A stretch of 63,202 nucleotides of DNA, the filler included, from Octopus bimaculoides (lineage: Eukaryota), in the NCBI RefSeq assembly GCF_001194135.2. It is 5 parts of 4 records of this genome, joined end to end, with 100 filler letters (N's around TTAATTAATTAA, not from the genome) between each part and the next. Parts side by side here need not be neighbours in the genome. Positions count along the whole stretch, not along the records: positions 27,635 to 52,530 come from NC_069005.1; 4 more parts are not named here. One strand, 5' to 3'. The translations under genes were made by a program, and so were the position numbers. Shown here one piece after another: positions 28,215-40,100 of this stretch (its first letter is position 1; each line of letters opens with the position of its first letter). The notes beneath the pieces are model-generated. The model worked only from the letters and a program-made list of their open reading frames with translations. It had not been told where the DNA came from and did no database searches.

Positions 28215-28497
28215 TAAGTGCCACCTGGACTGGCTCCCGTGCAGGTGTCATGTAAAAAACACCTTTTCAGCATGGTCGTTGCCAGTCCTTTGTGACTGAC
28301 CCTCGTGCCGGTGGCACATAAAAGCACGCACTACACTCTTGGAGTGGTTGGCGTTAGGAAGGGCATCCAGCTGTAGAAACTCTGCAGATCAGATTGGAGC
28401 CTGGTGCAGCCTTCTGGCTTGTCAGTCCTCAGTCAAATTGTCCAACCCATGCTAGCATGGAAAGCGGACATTAAATGATGATGATGATGACGATGAT
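28215..28497 (+). mobile_element. LINE-like 3' end/derived repeat (family G) with (GAT)n tail
   Basis: taaaaagcac...gtggttggcgttaggaagggcatccagctgtagaaac...gtccaacccatgctagcatggaaagcggacattaaatgatgatg. Other copies at 32960, 33700, 34270, 36087(-), 41560 and 47175. Confidence 0.7.
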
Positions 28498-29744
28498 GTG
28501 CGTGTGTGTGCCTGTGTTTGCCTACTACCACTGCTTGACAACCAGTGTTGGTGTGTTTACATCCACATAACTTAGCAGTTGAGCAAAGGAGGCTGATAGA
28601 ATAAGTACCAGGCTTAAAAAAGAACAAATAAGAACTGGAGTCATTTCATTAGACTAAAAATTTAAGGCGGTACTGCAGCATGGCCACAGTCTACTGACTG
28701 AAACAAGTAAAAGAGATGAGTATTGAAGACTTTATTGTTGAATGCGAATAGTAATTCATTCATAAAGCATTTGTCAGAGGAGGGTTATAGTAGAAGCCAC
28801 TTGGCCAAGGTGCCACGCAAAGAAACTAAATCTAAANNNNNNNNNNNNNNNNNNNNNNNNNNNNNNNNNNNNNNNNNNNNNNNNNNNNNNNNNNNNNNNN
28901 NNNNNNNNNNNNNNNNNNNNNNNNNNNNNNNNNNNNNNNNNNNNNNNNNNNNNNNNNNNNNNNNNNNNNNNNNNNNNNNNNNNNNNNNNNNNNNNNNNNN
29001 NNNNNNNNNNNNNNNNNNNNNNNNNNNNNNNNNNNNNNNNNNNNNNNNNNNNNNNNNNNNNNNNNNNNNNNNNNNNNNNNNNNNNNNNNNNNNNNNNNNN
29101 NNNNNNNNNNNNNNNNNNNNNNNNNNNNNNNNNNNNNNNNNNNNNNNNNNNNNNNNNNNNNNNNNNNNNNNNNNNNNNNNNNNNNNNNNNNNNNNNNNNN
29201 NNNNNNNNNNNNNNNNNNNNNNNNNNNNNNNNNNNNNNNNNNNNNNNNNNNNNNNNNNNNNNNNNNNNNNNNNNNNNNNNNNNNNNNNNNNNNNNNNNNN
29301 NNNNNNNNNNNNNNNNNNNNNNNNNNNNNNNNNNNNNNNNNNNNNNNNNNNNNNNNNNNNNNNNNNNNNNNNNNNNNNNNNNNNNNNNNNNNNNNNNNNN
29401 NNNNNNNNNNNNNNNNNNNNNNNNNNNNNNNNNNNNNNNNNNNNNNNNNNNNNNNNNNNNNNNNNNNNNNNNNNNNNNNNNNNNNNNNNNNNNNNNNNNN
29501 NCATATATATATGTGTGTGTGTGTGTATGTATATACGGCGGGCTTCTTTCAGTTTCCATCTACCAAATTCACTCACAAAGCTTTGGTCAGCTTGAGGCTA
29601 TAGTAGAAGATATTTGCCCAAGGTGCCATACAATGAGACTGAAATCATAACCATGTGGTTGGGAAGCAAGTTTTTTACCACACAGTAATACTCTATTCTG
29701 TCAAATTCAAGTTTTCCAGTAATGGAAAATGTATATAGTATTGA

Positions 29745-30168
29745 CTTCAAATTTTGGTGCAACTCCAAAAATTTGGGTGAGTGGGTGAGTCAATTACATT
29801 GACCCTCAGTGTTCAACTGGTATTTATTTTATTGACCCTGAAAGGATGAAAGGGAAAATTGACCTCGGCAAATTTTGAATCCTGTACATGAAAACAGATG
29901 AAATGCTGCTAAGCATTCTGCCCATGCCTGCTGCCTTAAATGTAAATTTTGTTGATTTCAAATATTAGCACAAGGCTAGCAATTTCAGGGGAGGGATAAG
30001 CCTATTAGACTGAGCCCAGTACTCAGCTGGTACTTATTTTATCAACCCCTAAAAAGATGAAGGGCCAAGTCAACCTTGATGGAATTTGAACTCAGAACCT
30101 AAAGACAGATGAAATGCTACTAAGCATTTTGCCTGATGTGGCAATGATTCTGCTAGCTCACTGTCTTA
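29745..30168 (-). mobile_element. Two tandem SINE family A copies, CpG-decayed
   Basis: Reverse complement of family A twice, with most CpG changed to TG/CA. Confidence 0.8.
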
Positions 30169-30245
30169 ATAGTAAATGATGTTGACATCTGGTAAGTTGA
30201 TCCACTGCAGTAGTACTGAATAAACCCTAATCAATGAAACAATGT

Positions 30246-30277
<32 letters not shown>

Positions 30278-30983
30278 TTAGACACATTAAGGCCTGATGA
30301 GACATGTAAAACTATGCACTTTATGGACAAAAAACCCCGAGTAACCCTATGAACCGGCCATAACTACCTTTATCTAAATGTTCTACTGCTCTATAAGTTA
30401 GAGTGCTTCTATTTCAGATTTATGATTTGCTGAGGATATGTATATATATATATATATATATATATNNNNNNNNNNNNNNNNNNNNNNNNNNNNNNNNNNN
30501 NNNNNNNNNNNNNNNNNNNNNNNNNNNNNNNNNNNNNNNNNNNNNNNNNNNNNNNNNNNNNNNNNNNNNNNNNNNNNNNNNNNNNNNNNNNNNNNNNNNN
30601 NNNNNNNNNNNNNNNNNNNNNNNNNNNNNNNNNNNNNNNNNNNNNNNNNNNNNNNNNNNNNNNNNNNNNNNNNNNNNNNNNNNNNNNNNNNNNNNNNNNN
30701 NNNNNNNNNNNNNNNNNNNNNNNNNNNNNNNNNNNNNNNNNNNNNNNNNNNNNNNNNNNNNNNNNNNNNNNNNNNNNNNNNNNNNNNNNNNNNNNNNNNN
30801 NNNNNNNNNNNNNNNNNNNNNNNNNNNNNNNNNNNNNNNNNNNNNNNNNNNNNNNNNNNNNNNNNNNNNNNNNNNNNNNNNNNNNNNNNNNNNNNNNNNN
30901 NNNNNNNNNNNNNNNNNNNNNNNNNNNNNNNNNNNNNNNNNNNNNNNNNNNNNNNNNNNNNNNNNNNNNNNNNNNNTCCAGGT

Positions 30984-31097
30984 TACCCTGAAGACAGTGC
31001 TGTACCCTGAAGACAGTGCTGTACCCTGAAGACAGTGCTGTACCCTGAAGACAGTGCTGTACCCTGAAGACAGTGCTGTACCCTGAAGACAGTGCTG
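30984..31097 (+). repeat. 19-bp minisatellite x6 (TACCCTGAAGACAGTGCTG)
   Basis: Perfect copies start at 30984, 31003, 31022, 31041, 31060 and 31079; a partial copy starts at 31098. Confidence 0.95.
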
Positions 31098-31100
31098 TAC

Positions 31101-31144
31101 CCTGATTTTCAAACAGGTCAAACCCAATTCTGTTAACGCATTAC
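31101..31144 (-). CDS. Candidate 44-nt exon of an unnamed minus-strand gene ((G)NALTELGLTCLKIR)
   Basis: Acceptor cctatgttctcacag; open frame; donor either GG|gtacag at 31100 or GG|gtaacc after the 19-mer array. Confidence 0.35.
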
Positions 31145-31518
31145 CTGTGAGAACATAGGACAGCATATTATATATGTGTGAGTGTGTGCAAATGTATGTG
31201 TGTATATGTGTGTGTGTGTGTGTGAATATATGTGTATGTGTGGACGTATGTATATGTGTGTGTGTGTGGATATATATGTATGTATATATGTGTGCGAGTA
31301 TGTGTATGTATGTATGTATATGTATGCATATATGTCTATGTATGTGTGTGTGCATGTATGTATATATAATATTTTTTTATGTATTATATATAAGCAATAT
31401 ATGTGTATGATACTTTAGATTAGTTTCTCTTTGTGTGTGTATATGTGAGAATTTGTTTTGTTTCCCCAATTTGGACATTTGCATATACTCAACTACACTT
31501 TCCCACACAGGGTGGAAC

Positions 31519-31552
31519 CTGTTTTCAGTAAGTCAGAAATCAACCTTAATAC
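31519..31552 (-). CDS. Candidate 34-nt microexon (VLRLISDLLKT)
   Basis: Acceptor tttatattccag; weak donor CAG|gttcca; the frame joins the flanking candidates across a 99-nt upstream intron. Confidence 0.3.
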
Positions 31553-31651
31553 CTGGAATATAAACATTTCTTTAAAGCTTGTTTGCCATTGGGAAAAGAA
31601 ATTTGTCAAAGAGAGAAATGTTTATTGCATCCTTCAGCTCTCAAGACTTAC

Positions 31652-31689
31652 CAGGATTTGGTCCTGAACATCTCCCAATGGCATAAGAA
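31652..31689 (-). CDS. Candidate 38-nt microexon
   Basis: Acceptor gttttttaaag and consensus donor CTG|gtaagt. Reads VLMPLGDVQDQIL or SYAIGRCSGPNP depending on phase. Confidence 0.45.
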
Positions 31690-32069
31690 CTTTAAAAAAC
31701 ATGTTATAGTTTACCACTAATAATTTTTTATTGACACANNNNNNNNNNNNNNNNNNNNNNNNNNNNNNNNNNNNNNNNNNNNNNNNNNNNNNNNNNNNNN
31801 NNNNNNNNNNNNNNNNNNNNNNNNNNNNNNNNNNNNNNNNNNNNNNNNNNNNNNNNNNNNNNNNNNNNNNNNNNNNNNNNNNNNNNNNNNNNNNNNNNNN
31901 NNNNNNNNNNNNNNNNNNNNNNNNNNNNNNNNNNNNNNNNNNNNNNNNNNNNNNNNNNNNNNNNNNNNNNNNNNNNNNNNNNNNNNNNNNNNNNNNNNNN
32001 NNNNNNNNNNNNNNNNNNNNNNNNNNNNGGAATCAAGAGACTCATAACTATCATCGCATGAAGTCAAGA

Positions 32070-32136
<67 letters not shown>

Positions 32137-32449
32137 TGCTTCTCACAGTTTCAGTCTATTAAATCCACTCACCAGGCTTCGATCAGCACAGAGCTATGGT
32201 AGAAGACACTTGCACAAGGTGCCAGACTGAATCTGAAATGACAAGGTTTGGAAGCAAACTACTCAACCATACAGCCATGCCTGTTATGTCATAAATGACA
32301 GCGTTCTTGGTGCTGTTGTACTTTAAGTTCATAGCCATTGTGTAACATTATGAATAGATCTAGGTTCCTGGGCACATGTACTGACTTCTAGCATAGAATG
32401 TTCTAATTTGTTCAGCTATAAGGTGTTATCATCATATTTGACAGCTTAC

Positions 32450-32469
32450 CAAGTATACATTTTTGTTTC
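32450..32469 (-). CDS. Candidate 20-nt microexon (GAAACAAAAATGTATACTTG)
   Basis: Acceptor catttttttttag and donor TTG|gtaagc; phase-compatible with the 38-nt exon. Confidence 0.4.
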
Positions 32470-34053
32470 CTAAAAAAAATGTCCCAGAAAATCAGTATGT
32501 CTTATAAGGTCAGAGTTTAGATAACTAGTAAATTAAAGTGCATTCAAGAGAGAGGGAGTTCCAAAATTAAGGTTTGCCACCTTATGCTGCTAATAAACCC
32601 TTGAATACATATATTTCTTTATATTATTTTCAAACACACAGCATTCAAAAACGAAATTTAGGTTACCATGAAGACTATATTGTACCCTTGAAGATAGTAC
32701 CCTATAGGATTTCTTCCAATTTTTTATGTTCTAAGTTCATACCCTACTGGGATTAGCTTTGCCTTTCTTCCTTTTGGGGTCAATGAAAATAAAGTACCAG
32801 TCAAGTATCTTTTCTGTTTCTGTATCCTATTCTCTCTTACATTATTTGCCTTGTAGCTTGGTTTCACATCTCTCTTTCCGGATGGGAATGCAATGTATTC
32901 AGTTCTTCAGCAAAATACTTGTTCCTTCCCATCTATCAGAACTTTCATATCCCTCATTACTATACCCAGCTCAGTTGAGAAGGTCTTGTCTTGCGGGTAC
33001 TTGGTGACCTCACCAGTGAAGAGACTGGAATTAGAAAGAGCACCTAGAAATAGAAACCATGTCAAAACTGGCACTGCAGCTTGGCTTGTCAGTTCATGTC
33101 AATCCATTGAACCCATTCTATCATGGAAAAAAGGATGTTAAATGATGATGATGATGATGCATGCATGCCTTCCTCTCTTTTCTTATCCATTCCCTAAAGC
33201 ACATTTTTCTCTCTCTCTTTCCCTCTCCTCCCTCTCTCTCTGTCTCATGTATATACACAAATCTTTCTTAGGTTTCACTGTATTGTATCTGAATAATTCA
33301 ATTAAACAGGCTTCATAATTGTTTCAAATTTAGGAACAGGCCAGCAATTTTGTAAGTGGTTTAGTAAATATTGTTAACTCCCATCCACCCCAGTACTTGT
33401 TTATTTTATCAACCATGGAAAGATGAAAGGTAAAGTCATGCCCACCCCACCCAATTGTGGGATTTAAATTTAAATCATAAAACCTTGAAGAAATCCCACA
33501 AGGCATTTTTTTCAATGTTCTAACAATTCTGCTAGCTGGCCACCTTAGTAGTTAACCTTTTTAATACTAACAGTGTTTGATACTTTGTAATTTGTCCATA
33601 AATGTAATAGAAACATGAGACGTCCTATGTGATTTGGTGAGTTTTTTCTGCTATCAGAAGTAATGCCACCTCCCTCAATATTTACTTCCCACCCCCACAT
33701 CAGTTGAGGGGGCTTGTCTTGCAAGTTACTTAGTTACCACACTGGTGGAAGTGCCACATAAAAAGGCATCAAGTACATTCTGTTATGTGATTGCCATTAA
33801 GAAGGGCATCCAACCATTGAGTGGTTAGGGTGTTGAACTCATAATCATAAGATTGTGGTTTCAATTTCTACGCCAGGTGATGCATTGTGTTCTATAGCAA
33901 AACATTTCACTTCATGTTACCAGTCTGCTCAACTGGTAAAAATGAGTAATCCTGCAATGAACCAACATCCCATCCAGGTGGGGAATATATATGTCACAGA
34001 AACTGGGCAACTGGCCCTATTACTCAATGTGACTCAGGAAAGATCAGTTTCCT

Positions 34054-34090
<37 letters not shown>

Positions 34091-35463
34091 NNNNNNNNNN
34101 AGATTGTGATTTTGATTCTTGGACCAGGTGACACATTGTGTTCTTGAACGAAATACTTCATTTCATGTTGCTAGCAAAAACAAGTAATCCTTGATGGACC
34201 GGCATCCCATCTAGGGGGAATATATATGCCACAGAAACCAGGAAACTGGCCCTATGAGTTTATATGACTTGGGAAGGAACTATCCAGCCATTGAAACCTT
34301 ACCAAAGCAGATATTGGAGCTTGTCCACTCCTGTCAAACTGCCCAACTCAAGCCAACATAGAAAACGGATGTTTAATGATGATGATGATGATTGTACTGT
34401 CTTTAAGATAACTTAAATTTGATGTTTGAATGCTAAAAGTTTAGATATACTATTTTTTTTTTTGGGGGGGGGTCCAATAAATTTATCCAGGGAGATGAGG
34501 TGGTGCTCATAACCTTTACAGGTCCTCCTAAACCTGTGAATTTTGATGTGACTGATGCTTAACCTGAAAAGATTAATATTTGCAAGAAAGATATGAATGA
34601 GGGGAGGGAAACTGGTGGTGTGTGGTGTTTAGTCTGAATGCTTGCAACAAAGCAAACTTTGCCAAAGGTAGCCAAAAACCATGTGGTGGCTGTGGCAGTA
34701 GTGGCAGTAATAGTGGTACCAGTGGTAGCGATGGTGATAATAATGATGATGGTGAATTAGGCATCTCTATAGAAGATTGTTTCAGGCAGAATTTCTGAAA
34801 GTTAACAATGAATTTAGACATAATTCTTTTTTTATGCAGCTTTCAACTAATTTCTTGAACTGAAATTCCATTTTTTTATTTTTACTTGTATTGTACTTTA
34901 TTATTTTCACTTTTATTCTATTTTTGATGTTGTTATATTATTGTTTTTTTTTTACATATATTTTGCTTCTCTAGTTAAATGCTCTCCCTTTCGCTAACCC
35001 ATCCAGTTGTACTGTGGAAATGATTCCTGAGTTTGTACGAAAAATTGATGCAAATAGTCAATGTAGCTAAGTCAGTAGCATGTCAAAGTGGCTGTAGTAA
35101 TATTTGAACTTGAAACCATTTACCCATATCTTGCACTGCAATCATGCCAAAGTCTCTGGATCTCATATAACTACTCAAAGATCTCATATAACTACTCAAA
35201 GTAGACTCTAGACTTGAAGATTTATGTCAGTTAAGACAGAGAATAGTAAGAGTGAGGGGGCATAAACAGAGGCATGAACAGAGAGATGATGAAGATGAAA
35301 TATTTATTTATACAGAGCAATAAACTTTGTTAGAAGTGTGTGTTGATGGATGTGTATGTGTTGTTCTGTGTGTGTTGGTATTTTGCTTTACAATGACAAC
35401 ATATAGTAAATCTTCAATCAGTTATTTTTATTTGTTTCAATATTTGTTTAAACTTCAACACAG

Positions 35464-35620
35464 ATCAAACAAGAAGTGCAACAGAAGAAGTTAAAAGCAA
35501 TTTCCAACAGTTTGTTTGAGATGTGGGACAGCGACCAGTCTGGATATGTTAGCATGAAACATATTGAAAATGTGATAAGTAATTTAAGAAAAACTCAAGA
35601 AGAAGATTTGGTTGAAATAA
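35464..35620 (+). CDS. Internal exon encoding an EF-hand-like motif, EFCAB5-like (tentative)
   Basis: T-rich tract plus cag acceptor and AA|gtgagc donor; 157 nt, open: IKQEVQQKKLKAISNSLFEMWDSDQSGYVSMKHIENVISNLRKTQEEDLVEI. LFEMWDSDQSGYVS is an EF-hand loop resembling, from memory, the FQKWDSDGSGFLD motif of EFCAB5. Loop position 12 is H rather than E. Confidence 0.7.
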
Positions 35621-35786
35621 GTGAGCTATTCTTTAATTCTCTATAAATCTGATAATCTCTGCTTTATCATTATCCTTATTTGTTCATACCAATTTAATTT
35701 TACTTGGCATTAAAGATTCTACTAATTCCTCCTCCTCCTCTTTCGCCTCCTCCTCCTCCTCCTCTTCCTCCTCCTCTTTCGCCTCC

Positions 35787-35823
<37 letters not shown>

Positions 35824-36086
35824 TCGCNNNNNNNNNNNNNNNNNNNNNNNNNNNNNNNNNNNNNNNNNNNNNNNNNNNNNNNNNNNNNNNNNNNNNNNNN
35901 NNNNNNNNNNNNNNNNNNNNNNNNNNNNNNNNNNNNNNNNNNNNNNNNNNNNNNNNNNNNNNNNNNNNNNNNNNNNNNNNNNNNNNNNNNNNNNNNNNNN
36001 NNNNNNNNNNNNNNNNNNNNNNNNNNNNNNNNNNNNNNNNNNNNNNNNNNNNNNNNNNNNNNNNNNNNNNNNNNNNNNNNNNNNNN

Positions 36087-36184
<98 letters not shown>

Positions 36185-36340
36185 TAATATCCCCTTTTCC
36201 ATGCTGGCATGGGTTGGATGGTATGACAAGATCTGATGGACTGCATTGTGCTCCACTTCTCTACCTGGATGCTTTTCCTAATGCCAGCCATTTTACAGCA
36301 TGCACCTGGCCTGGTGCTTTTTACATGCCACTGGCACTAG
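36087..36340 (-). mobile_element. Family G repeat, reverse, with long (CAT)n tail
   Basis: (CAT)n at 36087-36183 followed by ttccatgctggcatgggttgga...ggatgcttttcctaatgccagccattttacag. Confidence 0.7.
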
Positions 36341-36661
36341 TGAGGTTGCCATGCAGCTCACAAGACTGTGAAGCTCATGTGTGTGTAGGTGTGTGGGGAG
36401 TGTAGCCTTATACTCGGAGATGAGGTGGAACAGATTGTTGCAGAGGAGCTACACAGCCACTCACATTTAGAAGAGAATGTGCAAATGACCAATAGCATCT
36501 ACAAAGAGATTAAATAGCAGTGATGGAGTGTCCAGGTGGCCCAACGTTTATCAATATGATCATGAGGATGCTGGCGACAGCAGTGTTAGCAGTTTTTTGT
36601 TTTTTTTGTTTCATGTCCACCTTTAACATTTTGGCAATGGTTGAATGACAATGTATCTCAC

Positions 36662-36694
36662 TTGTTGTGGTCCCTTGTCAGTTGATACGTATGA
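36662..36694 (-). CDS. Candidate 33-nt microexon
   Basis: Strong acceptor ggttttctttgcag and donor CAA|gtgaga. Open as SYVSTDKGPQQ (phase 0) or HTYQLTRDHN (phase 2), both compatible with the 20-nt exon. Confidence 0.35.
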
Positions 36695-37795
36695 CTGCAA
36701 AGAAAACCCACCATTTTCCATTGTTTGTATGTCATTTACTTCAGGAATGGTTTTTATTGGTGGACACCATCAATATAGCCAAACACTTTACCGCATGGAC
36801 TGTGCAGTTTAGAAAGAAGACTGCTCAACATTAAATAGTCCTCTCTTTGTCTCTCTCTCTCTCTTACTCTGTGTGCATGTGTGTGTGTGTGTGTATACAT
36901 ACACACACACACACACACACACACNNNNNNNNNNNNNNNNNNNNNNNNNNNNNNNNNNNNNNNNNNNNNNNNNNNNNNNNNNNNNNNNNNNNNNNNNNNN
37001 NNNNNNNNNNNNNNNNNNNNNNNNNNNNNNNNNNNNNNNNNNNNNNNNNNNNNNNNNNNNNNNNNNNNNNNNNNNNNNNNNNNNNNNNNNNNNNNNNNNN
37101 NNNNNNNNNNNNNNNNNNNNNNNNNNNNNNNNNNNNNNNNNNNNNNNNNNNNNNNNNNNNNNNNNNNNNNNNNNNNNNNNNNNNNNNNNNNNNNNNNNNN
37201 NNNNNNNNNNNNNNNNNNNNNNNNNNNNNNNNNNNNNNNNNNNNNNNNNNNNNNNNNNNNNNNNNNNNNNNNNNNNNNNNNNNNNNNNNNNNNNNNNNNN
37301 NNNNNNNNNNNNNNNNNNNNNNNNNNNNNNNNNNNNNNNNNNNNNNNNNNNNNNNNNNNNNNNNNNNNNNNNNNNNNNNNNNNNNNNNNNNNNNNNNNNN
37401 NNNNNNNNNNNNNNNNNNNNNNNNNNNNNNNNNNNNNNNNNNNNNNNNNNNNNNNNNNNNNNNNNNNNNNNNNNNNNNNNNNNNNNNNNNNNNNNNNNNN
37501 NNNNNNNNNNNNNNNNNNNNNNNNNNNNNNNNNNNNNNNNNNNNNNNNNNNNNNNNNNNNNNNNNNNNNNNNNNNNNNNNNNNNNNNNNNNNNNNNNNNN
37601 NNNNNNNNNNNNNNNNNNNNNNNNNNNNNNNNNNNNNNNNNNNNNNNNNNNNNNNNNNNNNNNNNNNNNNNNNNNNNNNNNNNNNNNNNNNNNNNNNNNN
37701 NNNNNNNNNNNNNNNNNNNNNNNNNNNNNNNNNNNNNNNNNNNNNNNNNNNNNNNNNNNNNNNNNNNNNNNNNNNNNNNNNNNNNNNNNNNNNNN

Positions 37796-37833
<38 letters not shown>

Positions 37834-38294
37834 ACAGGCTTCTTCCAGTTTCTGTCTACCAAATCAACTCATAAGGCATTGGTCAGCATGAGGCTGGGAA
37901 GCAAACTTCTTACCACACAGCCACATTTGCTGTACGTATATCATCATCATCGTCATCATCATCATCGTCATCATCATCATCGTCATCATCATCATCGTCA
38001 TCATCATCATTTTGATGTCCGTCTTTTTTCCACGCTAGCATATATGAAACCCATATTTGTGTGGTGATAAAAAAAAAAAAGCTGTGAAATGGAAATAAAT
38101 AAATAAAATAAACATAGAAATGAATGAATGATAAAGTAAAACAAATTAGGTGTTGCTGATGTCTCCCACCATGTTATCAGAGATGCCAGTTTTAACTAGA
38201 ATCTTAAAATGAAATAAGAGAAAGTGTGGAAGGTAATCATATAACATGATGATACTGAATTTAGCAAGTGTTAGCATGACTATTAAGACATCTA

Positions 38295-38355
<61 letters not shown>

Positions 38356-38766
38356 GTCTGTCTGTATGAGAGAGAGAGAAAGAGAGGGTGTTGTGGGAGA
38401 TAAATAATGAGGGGAAACTGATCAAATGAAGAGCTTAAAAAGCTATGAATGAAACCCCGTTTTTGTTGAGGAGGATCTGGCTGACACTGCTGTTACTCAA
38501 GTTGGATTTGTTCTTGCAGAGGGTTGTATGTAATGTAGTAAAGCGAAACAGCTAACAATAGCAACTGCTGTCTTTACAACCTGAAACTTTGAATGAATGA
38601 GCTCTAGCACATGTACACACACACCTACAAATGTACATAAGTATAAAGCAAAATCTGTGCATGCAACATAGTTTGATTTATTGTTAGACAACAGCCAACA
38701 CAGATCAAATAGTCTCATTTGAAACATGAAACTTTTTACGTCAAGAATAGATTGCTTATACATAAG

Positions 38767-38807
<41 letters not shown>

Positions 38808-39143
38808 NNNNNNNNNNNNNNNNNNNNNNNNNNNNNNNNNNNNNNNNNNNNNNNNNNNNNNNNNNNNNNNNNNNNNNNNNNNNNNNNNNNNNNNNNNNNN
38901 NNNNNNNNNNNNNNNNNNNNNNNNNNNNNNNNNNNNNNNNNNNNNNNNNNNNNNNNNNNNNNNNNNNNNNNNNNNNNNNNNNNNNNNNNNNNNNNNNNNN
39001 NNNNNNNNNNNNNNNNNNNNNNNNNNNNNNNNNNNNNNNNNNNNNNNNNNNNNNNNNNNNNNNNNNNNNNNNNNNNNNNNNNNNNNNNNNNNNNNNNNNN
39101 NNNNNNNNNNNNNNNNNNNNNNNNNNNNNNNNNNNNNNNNNNN

Positions 39144-40100
39144 NGGGGGGGGTGCTAGTTGATTACATTAAGTCCCTTCCCCTTCCCCAGAACACAGTTG
39201 GTACTTATCTTATTGACTCAGAAAGAATGAAAGGCAAAGCTGACCTCAGTGGAATTTGAACTCAAAATGTAAAGATGGACAAAATGTCGCTAAGCATTTT
39301 GTCATGCATGCTAATGATTCTGCCAGTTCGCTGCCTTAATAATAATAATAATGATGATGATGATGGTGATGGTGATTATTATTATTATTAATATTATTAT
39401 TATTATGATAATAATAATAATGGTTTCACATTTTGGCACAGGTCCAGCAGTTTCGGGGGTGGGAATAAGTCAATTACATCAACCCCAGTGTTCAACTGGT
39501 ACTTATTTTATTAACCCTGAAAAGATGAAATGCAAAGTCGATCTCAGTGGAATTTGAGCTTAAGAATGCAAAGACTGATGAAATGCTGCTAAGCATTTTG
39601 CCTGGCATGTAAACGATTCTGCCAGATTGCCACCTTAATAATAATAATAATCCTTTTTACTAAAAGCACAAAGTCTGAAGTTTTGTGGGAAGGGAATAGT
39701 CAATTACATTAACCCCAGTGTTTCACTGGTACTTAATTTTATCAACCCCGAAAGGATGAAAGGCAAAGTGGACCTCAGCAGAATTTGAACTCAGAATGTG
39801 AAGATGGACAAAAATGCCACTAAGCATTTTGCCTGGCATGCTAACCATTCTACCAGCTCACTGCTTTAATAATAATTATGATAATAATAATCCTTTCTAC
39901 TAAAGGCACAAGGCCTGAAATTTTTGGGGAAGCGGGCTAGTCAATTACATTGACCCCAGTACTCAACTGGTACTTTGACCCCAAAAGGATGAAAGGCAAA
40001 GTCAACCTTGGTGGAATTTAAACTCAGAATGTAAAAATGAACGAAAATGCCACTAAGCATTTTGTCTGGCGTCCTAACAATTTTGCCAGCTCACCACCTC
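39144..40100 (-). mobile_element. Head-to-tail array of four SINE family A copies separated by (AAT)n
   Basis: Units at about 39144-39337, 39420-39637, 39651-39868 and 39891-40100, all reverse and CpG-decayed. Confidence 0.9.

Noticed and set aside
30984-31097. CRISPR-like array
   Set aside because: The repeats are contiguous with no spacers, there are no cas genes, and the context is eukaryotic.
33014-33043. 30-nt minus-strand segment with good acceptor and CTG|gtgagg donor
   Set aside because: It aligns to a diverged family G repeat (tggcgttaggaagggcatccagctgtagaaacc), so the signals are probably coincidental, though exonisation is not excluded.
34975-35072. Plus-strand exon candidate upstream of the EF-hand exon
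   Set aside because: The only open frame reaches a stop just before the best donor.
35684-36405. Poly-Pro/His/Asp/Glu ORFs
   Set aside because: (CCT)n and (CAT)n microsatellites around a gap.
38460-38590. Exon-like unique segment (EDLADTAVTQVGFVLAEG on +, VVKTAVAIVSCFALLHYIQ on -)
   Set aside because: The phase does not fit the EF-hand exon on +, and the minus reading stops at the donor; unresolved.
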